A stretch of DNA of 63,566 nucleotides, counting the filler, from Octopus bimaculoides (taxonomy: Eukaryota), in assembly GCF_001194135.2 (NCBI RefSeq). It is 6 parts of 6 records of this genome, joined end to end, with 100 filler letters (N's around TTAATTAATTAA, not from the genome) between each part and the next. Parts side by side here need not be neighbours in the genome. Positions count along the whole stretch, not along the records: positions 39,276 to 51,982 come from NC_068999.1; positions 52,083 to 55,747 come from NC_068985.1; positions 55,848 to 62,462 come from NC_068995.1; positions 62,563 to 63,566 come from NW_026331495.1; 2 more parts are not named here. One strand, given 5' to 3'. A program made the translations under genes and the position numbers. The notes below the pieces were generated by a model. The model was not told the origin of the DNA. It worked only from the letters and a program-made list of their open reading frames with translations, and searched no databases. How positions within the stretch are numbered: position 1 is the stretch's first letter; each line of letters opens with the position of its first letter. Of this stretch, positions 49,097-62,582 are shown one piece after another.

Positions 49097-49386
49097 ATCG
49101 TTGTCGATGTTGTTATGTTTAATGTTTTCTTTTCAAGCAGCTTAACTTGGAAAGGCGAAATGTGAAACTGACAATATGTATGTATGTTGTATTATATATA
49201 TGTATATATATATATATGATATGTGTATAAGCGTGTGTGTGTGTGTGTGTTTTGCGATTATGTCTGTATCCATTAATGCATCTATGTACGTGCCTATGTA
49301 TGTATATTAATATGTGTATGTGTATAATTATATATGTATTTATGTATATACAGTGTAGCATGTATATGCATATGAATGTATGTATG

Positions 49387-49425
<39 letters not shown>

Positions 49426-50329
49426 CATCAGCGAAAAACAAAAGAGAATTTTGTTGGCGCTCACAGAAATGGATGTATACAAAGAGATAGAAAAATATAT
49501 AGATAAACAAGCATACAACTGTGCATAAGACATACATATACATACATATATATGCACTTATATATTTAGATAGCCTATATGTACGTACGTGTATGCATAT
49601 ATGCATATATATGTATATATGTANNNNNNNNNNNNNNNNNNNNNNNNNNNNNNNNNNNNNNNNNNNNNNNNNNNNNNNNNNNNNNNNNNNNNNNNNNNNN
49701 NNNNNNNNNNNNNNNNNNNNNNNNNNNNNNNNNNNNNNNNNNNNNNNNNNNNNNNNNNNNNNNNNNNNNNNNNNNNNNNNNNNNNNNNNNNNNNNNNNNN
49801 NNNNNNNNNNNNNNNNNNNNNNNNNNNNNNNNTATATATATATATATATATATTCTTATGCATAGGTATTTCACCTCATTCCTTAAATATGTTCAGATAT
49901 ATATTTATCAACCAGATACTCACGATCGAATATGTTTGTATATGTGTGTGTGTATATATTTTCATGAATATGTACGTATGCGTGCTTCTGTTTATATGTG
50001 TGTATATATGCGAGTGTGGATATGTCTGTGTATATGTGAGTGTATGTGTGGGTGTGTATGTGTGTGGATGTGTGTGCGTCTATACATGACATTTGCCGTT
50101 TTCTGTTGAACGTCGGACCCTTTAAAAGAAAGCAGGAAGTTGTGAAGAGGTCATGGTGACTTGATCGATACAGATTCATCAATACCAATCAGCCGAAACA
50201 GGACAGATGTTCATTCAAACAATCGTTAGGTTGATATCGAGAAGGTTAGATCAAATACCAGGGTACACAGGCAACAACGTGCTTGCTTTGTATACAGCTA
50301 ATCGATTAACTTGCACTACGCCGGTTACG

Positions 50330-50618
50330 ATAACGAGGGTTCAAGTTGAAACGGTCGACGGAACAGACAGCTCGTGCAAGAAACGTTCAAATGGCTGAGC
50401 ACTCGACAGTCAAGTGCAACCGTAACGCAGTTCTTGCAGAGATTCAGCGCAACGTATTATGTGATGAGACTGGTCCTTAGAAATACAAGTACTTGCGCAT
50501 TTTTGTCAGCTAACTGAACTGGAACGACGTGAAATAAAGTGTCGTGCTCAAGGGTGCCACCTGGAATCGAACTCACTAACATAGATCTTAAGCGGAATAC
50601 CCTGACCTCTAAGCCAGG
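50330..50618 (-). mobile_element. Diverged tRNA-headed SINE, body X + tail P
   Basis: Reverse complement: tggcttagagg...gagttcgattcc...ccttgagcacgacactttatttcacg...gctgaatctctgc...gagtgctcagcca. Confidence 0.7.
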
Positions 50619-50659
50619 CGCTTTGAGAATCAATTACCAATCCTTTCTACTGGAAGCAC

Positions 50660-51110
50660 AAGGTCTCAAATTTTGGCGAAGGGATTAAGTTGATTACATC
50701 GATCCAAGTGCGTCTTATTCTTTGTAAGCTTAGTACTTATTCTATCGAAATGTTTTGCCGAACCACTAGGTCTCGGGTACCTATACACAAACACATTGGT
50801 TCGCAAGCGATTGGGGGGACAAACACAAACGCAAACACACGCACACACGCAAAAATACACGCACACACACACACACGCACATACACACACTCACTCACTC
50901 ACACACACACACACACAAACAAACACACACACATAAATATATATACGATGGGCTTCTTTCAGTTTCTGTCAACCAAATCCACTCACAAAGTTTTCGTCGG
51001 CCCGAGGCTAGAGTAGAAATCACTTGCCTGAGGTGCCACGCAGTGGGACTGAACCCATAACCATGTGGTTGTGAAGCAAGCTTCCTACCACGCATCCACT
51101 CCTGCGCATG
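50660..51110 (-). mobile_element. SINE family A, full length, internal (CA)n expansion
   Basis: Tail, CA-rich core and head are all present; CpGs largely retained. Confidence 0.85.
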
Positions 51111-51789
51111 TTATCCTATTTTATTAAGGTTATTTCTACAGAAATAACAAAACAATGCAAAGAGCACTGCTAACACAGTAGGACGTGGTGTTGGCTTATA
51201 AAAACATTTAGTATACTTCATAGGATATTATGGTTGCATAACGAAATACCATGTGCCTACAAGTCATTAATATTTTGCTATTGTCGTGTTAAAGTACGAA
51301 AGGACGTCTCGGAAAATATAATGCGAGCTATGCCATCTTCCTTCCACTAAGAAACATCAAAAAGAGAAAAAAAGAAAAATGGGATGATGTGACTGTTGGA
51401 ATGTCTCCCGTTATAACCTTGATCGATCAATGGCTGCCATGGGGCAATGGAATGACGACAACAGCAACAGAATAAATATATAAATAACTCAATTGATCAA
51501 CCAGAGAGATTGAATTAATGATAAAATAGAGAAACATAATGAATACGACCACGGGCACGTTCACACATGCATCTGCATGTAGTTATAATTATACACACAC
51601 ACGTACGCACGCGCGCGCACACACTCACACACACATGTATATACATACATATATATGTATATATGTATATATATATGTATGCATACACATATATGTATAT
51701 ATGGATGGATGGATGGATGGATGGATGGATATATGTGTGTGTGTGTGTATGTTTGTATATAGTTATATTCCTAAATATAATTATTTATT

Positions 51790-51940
51790 GGCTGGGTGGT
51801 AAGTAGCTTGCTCCCCAACTACATGGTTCCGTGTTCAGATCCACTGCGAGGGACCTTCGTTAAATGTTTTCTGCTATGGCCTTGGGCCGACCAAAGCCTT
51901 GTGAGTGGATTTGGTGGACGGAAACTGAAATAAGCCCGTC

Positions 51941-51982
<42 letters not shown>

Positions 51983-52590
51983 NNNNNNNNNNNNNNNNNN
52001 NNNNNNNNNNNNNNNNNNNNNNNNNNTTAATTAATTAANNNNNNNNNNNNNNNNNNNNNNNNNNNNNNNNNNNNNNNNNNNNATATATATATACATACAT
52101 ACATACATACATACATACATACATACATACATACGCACATACACACAGATATATGTATGTATATACCGAGAGAATGCTGAAAAGTTCCTGACTTTGGGTG
52201 AAGGAAAATACAAGAGGATGAGTTGATTATTATTTTATTCAGCATTTCCCCCTCTCAGATTCACACACTTATTACAGCTTTTCTATTCTCAGTTATTCTA
52301 AGCTCTGTAACAGTTTGAGCCTCACCAACCAGGAATTTCGCGTGACCCTAGAATCCAAGAGCTTTTCAGCAACCTCTCGTATGTGTGTTATTGTGTTTGT
52401 CTTTGTCACCCCCACCGCATAACAACCAGTGTCGCTTTGAGTACGTCACCTTACCTTAGTAGTTACGCGAAAAGAACCGAAAGAATAAGTGCCGGACTTC
52501 AAACTAAATCATTCCTGGTGTCGATTTGTTCGACAAAAATCCTTCAGACTGGTGCCCCAGCATGGTGGCAATCCAGCACCTGAAAGAAGT
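51790..52590 (+). mobile_element. SINE family A split by microsatellite, gap and a nested mariner MITE (52161-52381)
   Basis: Head 51790-51942 ends aagcccgtc(gtata). Tail 52385-52590 begins gtgtttgtctttgtcacccc. Confidence 0.8.
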
Positions 52591-53156
52591 AAGAGATACA
52601 AAATATAAGTAAAATATAAAGTTATATTTTCGTGTCTTACTTAACTTCATTTTACTTAAGCAAAATAATTTTTCTTTATCTGTTTTTGTTGCAAATCGTT
52701 TTACACAACAGTTATCGTCCTCTTGGTTATTTCTGGAATGAATTATTTCAAGTTACTTAATCTCTTCAGTCATGTTTTCTAGACTGTTCTTTACATAACA
52801 TGCTAAGCTATTTTCCTTACAGTATACATTTTCCACAGCCAATTAATCTGCTCTTCTATTCTATTATGTGTAAAGAATCGACTAAAATCACTTTTAGATT
52901 AAAATATTTCATATATAACAATAACGTATCTATCCGTTCTTAATACGTTCTTGCAGATTATACAAATATATATACATACACGGTCACAAAACTCACTCAG
53001 AAGCACACATACACATACACACATACATATATATATATACATACATATATATATATAGGTATATGTATATACATGCATGTATTTGTGTATGTACATATGT
53101 ACGTATGCATTGTCTACGTACATATATATATATAAAATAAATAATATGTATCTATA

Positions 53157-53198
<42 letters not shown>

Positions 53199-53218
53199 CA
53201 TATACACACACATGCATA

Positions 53219-53249
<31 letters not shown>

Positions 53250-54884
53250 AGCCTTGGCTCTTTGAATTTTATTATTTAATCTAAACTGCGCTGCCTTCTT
53301 CCTTCTATTTTAGGATTCATCTGCAATATCTCAAAAGCGATGCAGTCAATATATTAATATTTGGAGTCTTATTTATTTTTACGATTTATCTAAGATTTCA
53401 ACACTAATTTTAACCTTCTGAAGTATTACATTTTCCAATGTTCCTTCACGCCATTCTTCTTCATCTTTATCGTTAACTAGTTTATTATACACAAATATTC
53501 AAAACTTTCTCTATCAAACTATTTTATGGTTTCTTTATCAGATAATTATATCCCATTATTTTTCTCCATTTGTCCTAAACATTATTAAAAATCTCCATGC
53601 TTTTTAATCCCATATTCCAACTTAGTATCTCCATTAAAATCTCGGTTTCTAGTAAACAATTTATTTGATCTCCGTCTCAGCGATCGGTTTCAAGCCAGCC
53701 ATAAGAAGAAAGGGATTTACTATATACAGCCTCCATTCAATAATGTGTGTATCATCTCTTACCATTCTCAACAACCTGTAAGGAAACGAATGCATATCAC
53801 AGAAGACAAAAAGGGTCAAGGTATCATACCGAAATCTTCTATACTGATCTTAATACTTCCTCATATATCAACAAATTGGTTCCTTTACAATCAACTTTCT
53901 TCTATCCTCCATTATTATCATATATTATCATATATTATCAAAGAATGAGAAACATATCATATTCCTTTGTATCGTAGACCTTTACCATATTTCTATGCCC
54001 CTGCTTTCAAATTTACAGGCTTCATTTATCAATTAGTGATTTAGCCTTACTACCTCTATACTTCTTTCGTCATCTTTCTTCCTCTAGTCTTAATATATCC
54101 TGTTCATTATGCACATGATCTACGTATGCATACGGTCATACGCAAACATGCATTACACACACATACACGCAGTTGTATATTGTAGGAACAATGTTCCTAC
54201 ACAGAGAATTATGTATCTAATACTTCAAGATGAATATGTTACAATAATTTCTTAGTGACTTGATGTAAATATCCTTGGTTATGATCGAAATTAAAATTAA
54301 CCCTGTAAAGTATGCATCACTACAGGAGCAGAGGTGGTTGTGTGGTTCAGCTTGCTTTCCAACAATGCAGTCTTGGATTCGATCTCACCGCCCGGCAACT
54401 TCGGAAAATTTTTGCTACAACGCGTGTAAATTTGACAGACGGAAACTGAAAGAAGTTCGCAGTACACACCCAAGGACACACGCACATGCAAGCGCGCGCG
54501 CATCCACAGACATATATATTAGGACGGGAATTCATTTTATCTATGCGTGTTCCTCATCACAGCTTAATAATCGGTCTGGATTTCTCTACGCCCCTCGTAA
54601 CTTACATTTACGAGGTTGACTTTGCCGTTCATGCTTCCGAAAATAAACAAAGGAGACTAGTACTTATTCGGAAAAAGAGATTGATAGAATATATACTTGG
54701 TTTTTAAAAAGATAATTACTGGGATCTATTTATTCGATTAAGCATTTCAATGCGGTGCTCCAGCATGGCTGCAGTCCAATAAGAGTAAAATGTAAAACAA
54801 ATATAAAAATTGTTGTGCATATGCATGCATATATATATGTGTGTATGTATGTGTGTGAATATGTATGTGTGTGAGTGTGTGTGT

Positions 54885-55190
54885 GTGGAGGTGCAATGGC
54901 ACATTGGTTAGGGCAGCGGACACGCGGTCGGGGGATCGCGGTTTCGATTCTCAGACCGGGCGTTGTGTGTGTTTATTGAGCGAAAACACCTGAAGCTCCA
55001 CGAGTCTCCAGCAGTGGGTGGTGGTAACCCCTGTTGTACTCTTTCACCCCATCTTTCTCTCACACTTTCTTCCTATTTCTTGAGTAACGCTGCGATGGAC
55101 TGGCGTCCCGTCCAGCTGGGGGGAACACATACGCCATAGAAACCGGTAAACCGGGCCCATGAGCCTGACTAAGCTTTAACAGGGCGCATA
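54885..55190 (+). mobile_element. Full-length tRNA-headed SINE, body Y + tail Q
   Basis: Head and body match 33285-33670. Tail gctgcgatggactggcgtcccgtccagctgggg...gggcccatgagcctg matches 4944-5197. Confidence 0.9.
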
Positions 55191-55715
55191 AATAAATATA
55201 ATTATAATTTTATTTCGAAAAACATGGCGTAGAAGTCCTCAAGTCGAACCCTAGGCGTTGGACAAGTATAATAGATACAATAGAAAAGGTTCAAATGAAA
55301 CAGACAACGATTAACACATACATATACGGGTTTAATTAGGATAAAATAAGAATTGACCCATCTGAAACATTGGACACATTCTTTTCCTCTAACATTTTAC
55401 ATAAAGCACTTTTTATGTCTATTACTTTCTCTATATTATATTTTGAATGTTTAAAAACGTCTTTTTTCTATATTCCATTAGTGTTTTTTTATGTATATTC
55501 CATTATTATTATGTTAATGTATCTATATATCTATATGTCCATGTATATTTTTAGTATTCATATATATTTATATTTATAATATATCAATATATATTTCAGA
55601 TTGGACAATTCTTATTTTATTCTAATTAAACCCGTATATGTATGTGTTAATCGAAGTCTGTCTGATTTGAACCTTTTCAATTGTATCTATCTATGTATCT
55701 ATCTATCTATCTATC

Positions 55716-55747
<32 letters not shown>

Positions 55748-56339
55748 NNNNNNNNNNNNNNNNNNNNNNNNNNNNNNNNNNNNNNNNNNNNTTAATTAAT
55801 TAANNNNNNNNNNNNNNNNNNNNNNNNNNNNNNNNNNNNNNNNNNNNATATATAAGTGCGGCAAAGATTTCATAGACGTGACAATACAACTTAATTATTT
55901 CAAATAATTTTCCATTGTATTTCAATTATAAATTGATTCTTGAGGAACAAACGTATCAGACAAATTATTAATAATATGTATATAATTGGTCCTTGCGTTA
56001 TTTATGGAATTGTTGCCAGAACAGAACACTATAAAAAATGTCTATAGAGAATATAAAAGTTAGAAGACTATTACGTATGCAGAACTGTGCGTAGTGGGAT
56101 GTAATGTTTTAGTCATTAATATGACTATGCGTCTTGTAACAACGTTATGGTGAAGCCACGTGATTTAGCGGTTAGGGGTATCGGCTCACGATCGTGAGAC
56201 AGTAGTTCGATACTCGGTGGCACCTTTCGTCTTTGAGCAAAAGACACCATCTCATGTTGTCCTCAACCGTCTGGACTACTGCTCTCAACTGTGGTCACCC
56301 TACAGTATCGGATTAATAACGGAACTTGAGGCGGTTCGG

Positions 56340-56829
56340 TGATGTTACTCAAGGAAGATTGCATCGATGGGACATCTGAGCTATTGAGAGGGATTGAAAA
56401 GGCTGCATTCTACTCACTGGAGCGAAGACAAGAGTGGTATACAGTGATATATGCGTGGAAAAATGCTGGAGGTGCTGAGACCAACCTTTGGAATTGAGAG
56501 ATATACGAGACCTCGAATTGGACGACTCTGCACTGTTCCAAAGTATCCAGCTGTCCCATCTAAAGTGAGGATTATGTACTGTAATAGCTTGGGACTCAAG
56601 GGTCCACATCTATTTAATGCCTTGCCAAAATATCTGAAGGACTCCATGTAGTCGGGGGAGGGGAGGGTCAGATGTTTTCAAGAAACAACTTGACCGCTTG
56701 CTATCCAAGATCCTAGATAGACCAATATCAAGGCAGGAAACCCAAAAGAGGGCAGCAGTGCCGAACTCGCAAATTTAACAAAAGCCAATCACATAGGATT
56801 GGACAATTATACGGTGATTACATTGCTGA

Positions 56830-56830
<1 letters not shown>
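56340..56830 (+). mobile_element. 3' end of a CR1-like LINE ORF2 (decayed)
   Basis: After frame repair: RLHS-SLERRQEWYTVIYAWKMLE, RIGRLC, GPHLFNALPKYLKD, FKKQLDRLLSKI.D.P. Confidence 0.75.
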
Positions 56831-57205
<375 letters not shown>

Positions 57206-57527
57206 ATAACGTGTTTGCGTGTATGTGTTTCCGTGTGCAAATAAACGTGATAGAAAAGGTCGTTGAGTACTGCCTCAGTTATTTATAGGTTTTTATTATC
57301 GCAATATAAGCAACATTTGTTGCATTCAAAATGGGGTTTTATAAATTGCTGTCATATCGGAATTTTCTGTCTTATCTCAATATGGGACCAATTGTATTTG
57401 ATCCATTGTTTAATAAATTTATTGATCAATTATCGAATCATCTGTATTCTCCACATAAGCCGTGTTTATAGGGTCTTACAAACTTTTTACCATGATCACT
57501 CCACATATCGTTTTACAGTAGAAACAC

Positions 57528-57564
<37 letters not shown>

Positions 57565-57788
57565 GTGTATGTGGAAGTACAATTCTTTTTATCTTACGGT
57601 GTTTTGTGATTTAGTGGAAGATTAATGATGGCTGCCAAGCTTCGTATTTAACTTATAAAATCAGGTTTTTCTCTTGTGGCTAGATCTATTTTGATTCTAC
57701 AGAGTGGACAGTGAAACCGGAGAATGACGGCAAGACCAGCTGCCGCACATAGTCTGTATAATAAGTAATGTAATACATACATATACAC

Positions 57789-57866
<78 letters not shown>

Positions 57867-59238
57867 GTATATATATATAGTCGTAATGAAAAGATTAAAT
57901 AGACGAATATTTATAAAAGCGAATATAATTATTACAAATGGTTATGTATAGTACAAGTGATATTGTTCACTTCTTCAAATTCTTTCTCTCTGCGTTTCTC
58001 TCCTTTTCAGACTTTCTCTGTCCTGTCTCTTCATTTGTTTCTATCCTGTTTTTTTTTCTTAGTTCCTTTTCTCTCGCCTTTTTATTCATTTGTTTCTTTT
58101 TCTTTTTTTTCTTTCTCATTTCTTTTTCTTTTCTTCTTTGCCCTTTCTTTTTCAGTCTGATTTTTTTCTTTCTTTCTTTGATCGATTCTTTCATATATTT
58201 CTTTCTTTCTTACTTCCTTGCATTTTCTTCATTCGTTTTCCTTTCACTCGCTCGTTTTTTCTTCTTCCTCATTTTTCTTTCCACTTTCTTCTTATCTTCC
58301 TTTGATCGACGTTTTCTTCTTTGATTCTTATCTTTCTTTCTTCTTTGTTCGATTCTTTCCTTCATAAATTTCATTCTTTTCACTTCCTCTATTAATACAA
58401 ATATTTCTGTCTTCCATTTTCTCTTTAGTTATGTATTATCTTAATAACTTTCTTCCTTCCTTCTTTCCTTCCTTCTTTCCTTCCTTCCTTCCTTCCTTCC
58501 TTGTACTTCCTTCCTTCCTTCCTTTCTTTCTTTCTTTCAACATCCCAGCGATGAAGCCTCTTCACGATCACCTGAACTGCAGGAAAAAAAAAACAAAAGA
58601 AAAACAAAACAAACAAAAAGACACAATTTTCTCCGTATGGTCTCTCATGCAGAAAAGGAAAAATCCCCACCAACACCACCACCACCACCACAAATGCTAT
58701 ATTTGGTCACTTATTTGGAAATAATATGATGTCTGGAAAACATTTTCGCGGTTTGGCACAGCTAGAATTTCTTTGAATCATAGGATTTCTAGACCGGGGA
58801 CAGCTGTCCATTGCTAAACGACAAAAAAAAAAAAGTACAACAAAATCAAAAACAAACATATTCGTATTACAAAATATCTGCAAATCAAGTGAAAAATTGT
58901 CCGATTTTAAATAGACGTGTCCTCAACATCAAGACCGTTGACAGCAACAGCAGTAACAACAACAATGATATCGTTGAAATAGGATAAAAGAGAAGCTGCA
59001 TGAACAAGCAGAGACAGAAAACGAAACACAAGAAAGAAATATATATAAGCTCAAAGAGAAATAGCTCGACAGTTTGTAAAGTAACTTATGATGTTTTAGC
59101 ACCGGTTGCAGAGATATAGCTGTCTTTGTTGTTCCTTTATCGTTTATCCTTTCACTGTCTGGGAAATAGCTGTTAGATGAGCGTGCATTAAATGTAAGTA
59201 AGAGAGAAAGGAAGAAATCGTGTAAGAAAGAGTTAAAC

Positions 59239-59307
<69 letters not shown>

Positions 59308-60286
59308 NNNNNNNNNNNNNNNNNNNNNNNNNNNNNNNNNNNNNNNNNNNNNNNNNNNNNNNNNNNNNNNNNNNNNNNNNNNNNNNNNNNNNNNNNNNNN
59401 NNNNNNNNNNNNNNNNNNNNNNNNNNNNNNNNNNNNNNNNNNNNNNNNNNNNNNNNNNNNNNNNNNNNNNNNNNNNNNNNNNNNNNNNNNNNNNNNNNNN
59501 NNNNNNNNNNNNNNNNNNNNNNNNNNNNNNNNNNNNNNNNNNNNNNNNNNNNNNNNNNNNNNNNNNNNNNNNNNNNNNNNNNNNNNNNNNNNNNNNNNNN
59601 NNNNNNNNNNNNNNNNNNNNNNNNGTGTATTAGAAGGCAGATGTGTGTGTATTGCTGTACATAGATGTGAGTATGTATATCTACGTTCTTATGTTAAAAG
59701 TACCTGTATGCGTATGTTTCACAGTGTGTGTCTTCAAGAGTGTATGCCTACAAGAGTTTATGCTTGACTGTAGCTGCATTGTTTTGCGTAGGTGTTTGTG
59801 TAAGTTTGATTGTCATGTCGTCTGCCCTTGTATGTTTCAATACGTTCGTGTACTCGTTTTCGTTTGAGATTTGCTTGTGTTCATTTGTATGTGTCGTCTA
59901 TGTGTGTGGTTTTTGTGTTTTCATCTCATTACACGTGAAGTAGTAATTGTGTTTGTCTTTGTTTACATCAGTATGACGTAGCAGACAATTATTTTTTCCT
60001 CAATGTTGTTACATGGGAAAACAATGGTTCTCATCGAATCCCGGAAATAAATAAATGAAAAAAAAATGTGTCAAAATGGCGACTGTTACAGTGTATGAGG
60101 TCAATATCGGCGCCATTTTGATGATGTTTCTATTATGCATGCATGTATGCATGTATGTATCTATGTATGTATGTATGCTTACATACACGTATGTGTGTGT
60201 ATGTATATGTGTATATATATATATGTGTGTATGAACATATACGTACACATACATATCTATTTAATTTAACAATGTATATGTGTATG

Positions 60287-60349
<63 letters not shown>

Positions 60350-61103
60350 ATGTATAACTATTAATATGAGAGGGTTATAGACCAGGAATACACGAATGTA
60401 CTTTGAAGATTTTGATGAAATGTGTATATGTGTGTACGAGCGCCCGTGCCTTATATGTTGTAATATAGATTAGAAAACCTAGCGAGGTGGATTCTACTTG
60501 GTTCCTCGAGTTGTTAAAATTACCATCGTGTATTTTATCCATATCAATCAACATAGCATCCTTACAAACAAGAAAAATGAAGCATAACAGATAATATAGG
60601 TGATGGTACACCAGGAGAATAAAATGAATGGTAGAAGCTCACATATAAATTAACTTAGAATATCCATACAAAGTGAAACCAAAACCCACTGTTTATGGTC
60701 TTTCAAATCTGGAAACTATAAACAAGGATGATAACTCAGATAAAACCAAATAATCGAAATTTATAGAATATAAACATAATGCAAGTAGAAGAATATTCTA
60801 TCTGTAATCGTAACTTGTTTGCCTATATCATTTCTGAATGCTAAAAGCTGACTTTTATTTTCTAACTAAATAGTTTTTTTTTAAATTTCGTGTATACACT
60901 ATAATGTACATTCTCTTCATAGTTTTTTAAAATTTTTTATATGAGATGCATTTGATGGAGGTGTAGTTATTATTTGCAGCAGTTAAATGCACTACTGCTG
61001 TCTTATTAGTCTTAAATGTGTATTTGATGTTAACATGGCACCAGGATATGTTGGGGTACCATTCTTAAATTGTAGAAAAACACACACAAACATGCGAGCA
61101 TAC

Positions 61104-61183
<80 letters not shown>

Positions 61184-61444
61184 TCATATACATATATATG
61201 TACATGTATGTAAATGTGAGTATATGCATGTATGTATGTATCTATCTATATTTGTATGTATGAATGTATGTGTCTGCCTTCCTGCCTGCCTGGATGGATG
61301 AATGAACTCATGCACGTGACATAATTTACATACATAATTTAAATATGTTTATGTTTACAGTAAACAATTTATTGTTATCTACTTAAATTCTATTATATAC
61401 TTTTTCTTCGTAAAATTAATGATTTTCCATCATTCTCCTTTCAG

Positions 61445-61773
61445 ATCCTTACGTACGTGTGGAATTATCTTTGGATGGCGAAACCAAGGAGCGGTTCCAA
61501 ACAAAGACCAAAAAGAAATGCATGGATCCCGTGTTCTCCGAGAAATTTCAATTCAGCATTTCACCACAACCAGAGACTTTGCAATGTACAGCAATTACGT
61601 TTACAGTATATGACCATGAGCGTTTGCGAAGCGATGAGATGATTGGACAAGTAAGACTTGGCTTGAAAGCCACAGAGGATTCCGAATTAATTCAGTGGCG
61701 AGAAGCATTGCAAAGACCCGGTGAGAAAATAACAAAATGGCACCATCTCATGCTGGCTAGCAAGTTTAATTGA
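61445..61773 (+). CDS. Terminal coding exon of a synaptotagmin-family gene (most of the C2B domain)
   Basis: ccatcattctcctttcag acceptor, phase 1: (D)PYVRVEL...KTKKKCMDPVFSEKFQF...TVYDHERLRSDEMIGQVRLG...WREALQRPGEKITKWHHL. DPYV, P.F.E.F.F, IG.V.LG and W..L..P...I.KWH.L are C2B hallmarks. The paralog cannot be assigned by eye. Confidence 0.95.
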
Positions 61774-62308
61774 AAAAAGGGACATTAAATGGATTAGTGG
61801 AAAATCATTGCTTCCTTTGTAGAATTCTCTGTAGTCTGGCGATAACATGAATATTCCAAATCAAAATTTCTATAGTTAATAAGATCGTTTAAAGAATTTT
61901 CCAATTGGTGACAGGAATATATTAATAGAATAGCGTGATTATAAGACTGTAAGGCTTCTTTATATAAACGAACTTTCCTTAAGTAATTCTGAATCGTGGC
62001 AGATGGGATAATACATCCGACCAAACCCTTCTTACAGATTCTGTTTCCTTATGGGAGTATATGAATATATATGTATATTGTGTGTATTATGTATGCATAT
62101 GTGGGCGCATGTATGTATGGAAGTATGTAAATTTGTATAAATAAACATATATATTGATAAATATACGAAAACACATGCCCGCCACCTCATGTATATATAT
62201 GTATATGTACTTACAAAGTCACTCGCTCACTTTCGTATACATACATATGTACATACATATGTACGCACACACATTAAAATGCATGCATGTACAGTAAAAT
62301 ACGGAGAG

Positions 62309-62354
62309 GTGTTTATAGGACGCCTGGATAAGTACCAGGACGTCCTATAAACGC
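62309..62354. other. GC-containing hairpin, about 19-bp stem, 7-nt loop
   Basis: GTGTTTATAGGACG-CCTGG ataagta CCAGG-a-CGTCCTATAAACGC. Confidence 0.85.
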
Positions 62355-62431
62355 CAACATCCCACCAACACACCCACATTTATAAGGATATGTATATGCA
62401 TATGTATCTACATACGCATATGTATACATAG

Positions 62432-62462
<31 letters not shown>

Positions 62463-62582
62463 NNNNNNNNNNNNNNNNNNNNNNNNNNNNNNNNNNNNNN
62501 NNNNNNTTAATTAATTAANNNNNNNNNNNNNNNNNNNNNNNNNNNNNNNNNNNNNNNNNNNNCAGGATAATGGATTTAAAAA

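Noticed and set aside
39944-49874. Many 150-400-aa ORFs (YI, SL, ER, X-rich)
   Set aside because: These are translations of microsatellites and N gaps.
50207-50398. TANRLT resembles synaptotagmin C2B PTAGKLT
   Set aside because: Needs three gaps to align, has no splice signals, and runs into a SINE tail.
58556-58635. Exon-like piece between pyrimidine tracts on both strands (DEASSRSPELQEKKK...)
   Set aside because: The acceptor strength comes from microsatellite or poly-A tracts, and the peptide is low-complexity.
60375-60611. 78-aa minus-strand ORF with a signal-peptide-like start
   Set aside because: Length is within chance, and I see no precursor motifs or supporting signals.
60700-60750. 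GLSNLETINKDDNSD resembles C2 loop 1 (NL...SD) just upstream of the DPYV exon
   Set aside because: No GT donor after TCAG, a stop follows, and the preceding strand does not fit C2 beta-2.
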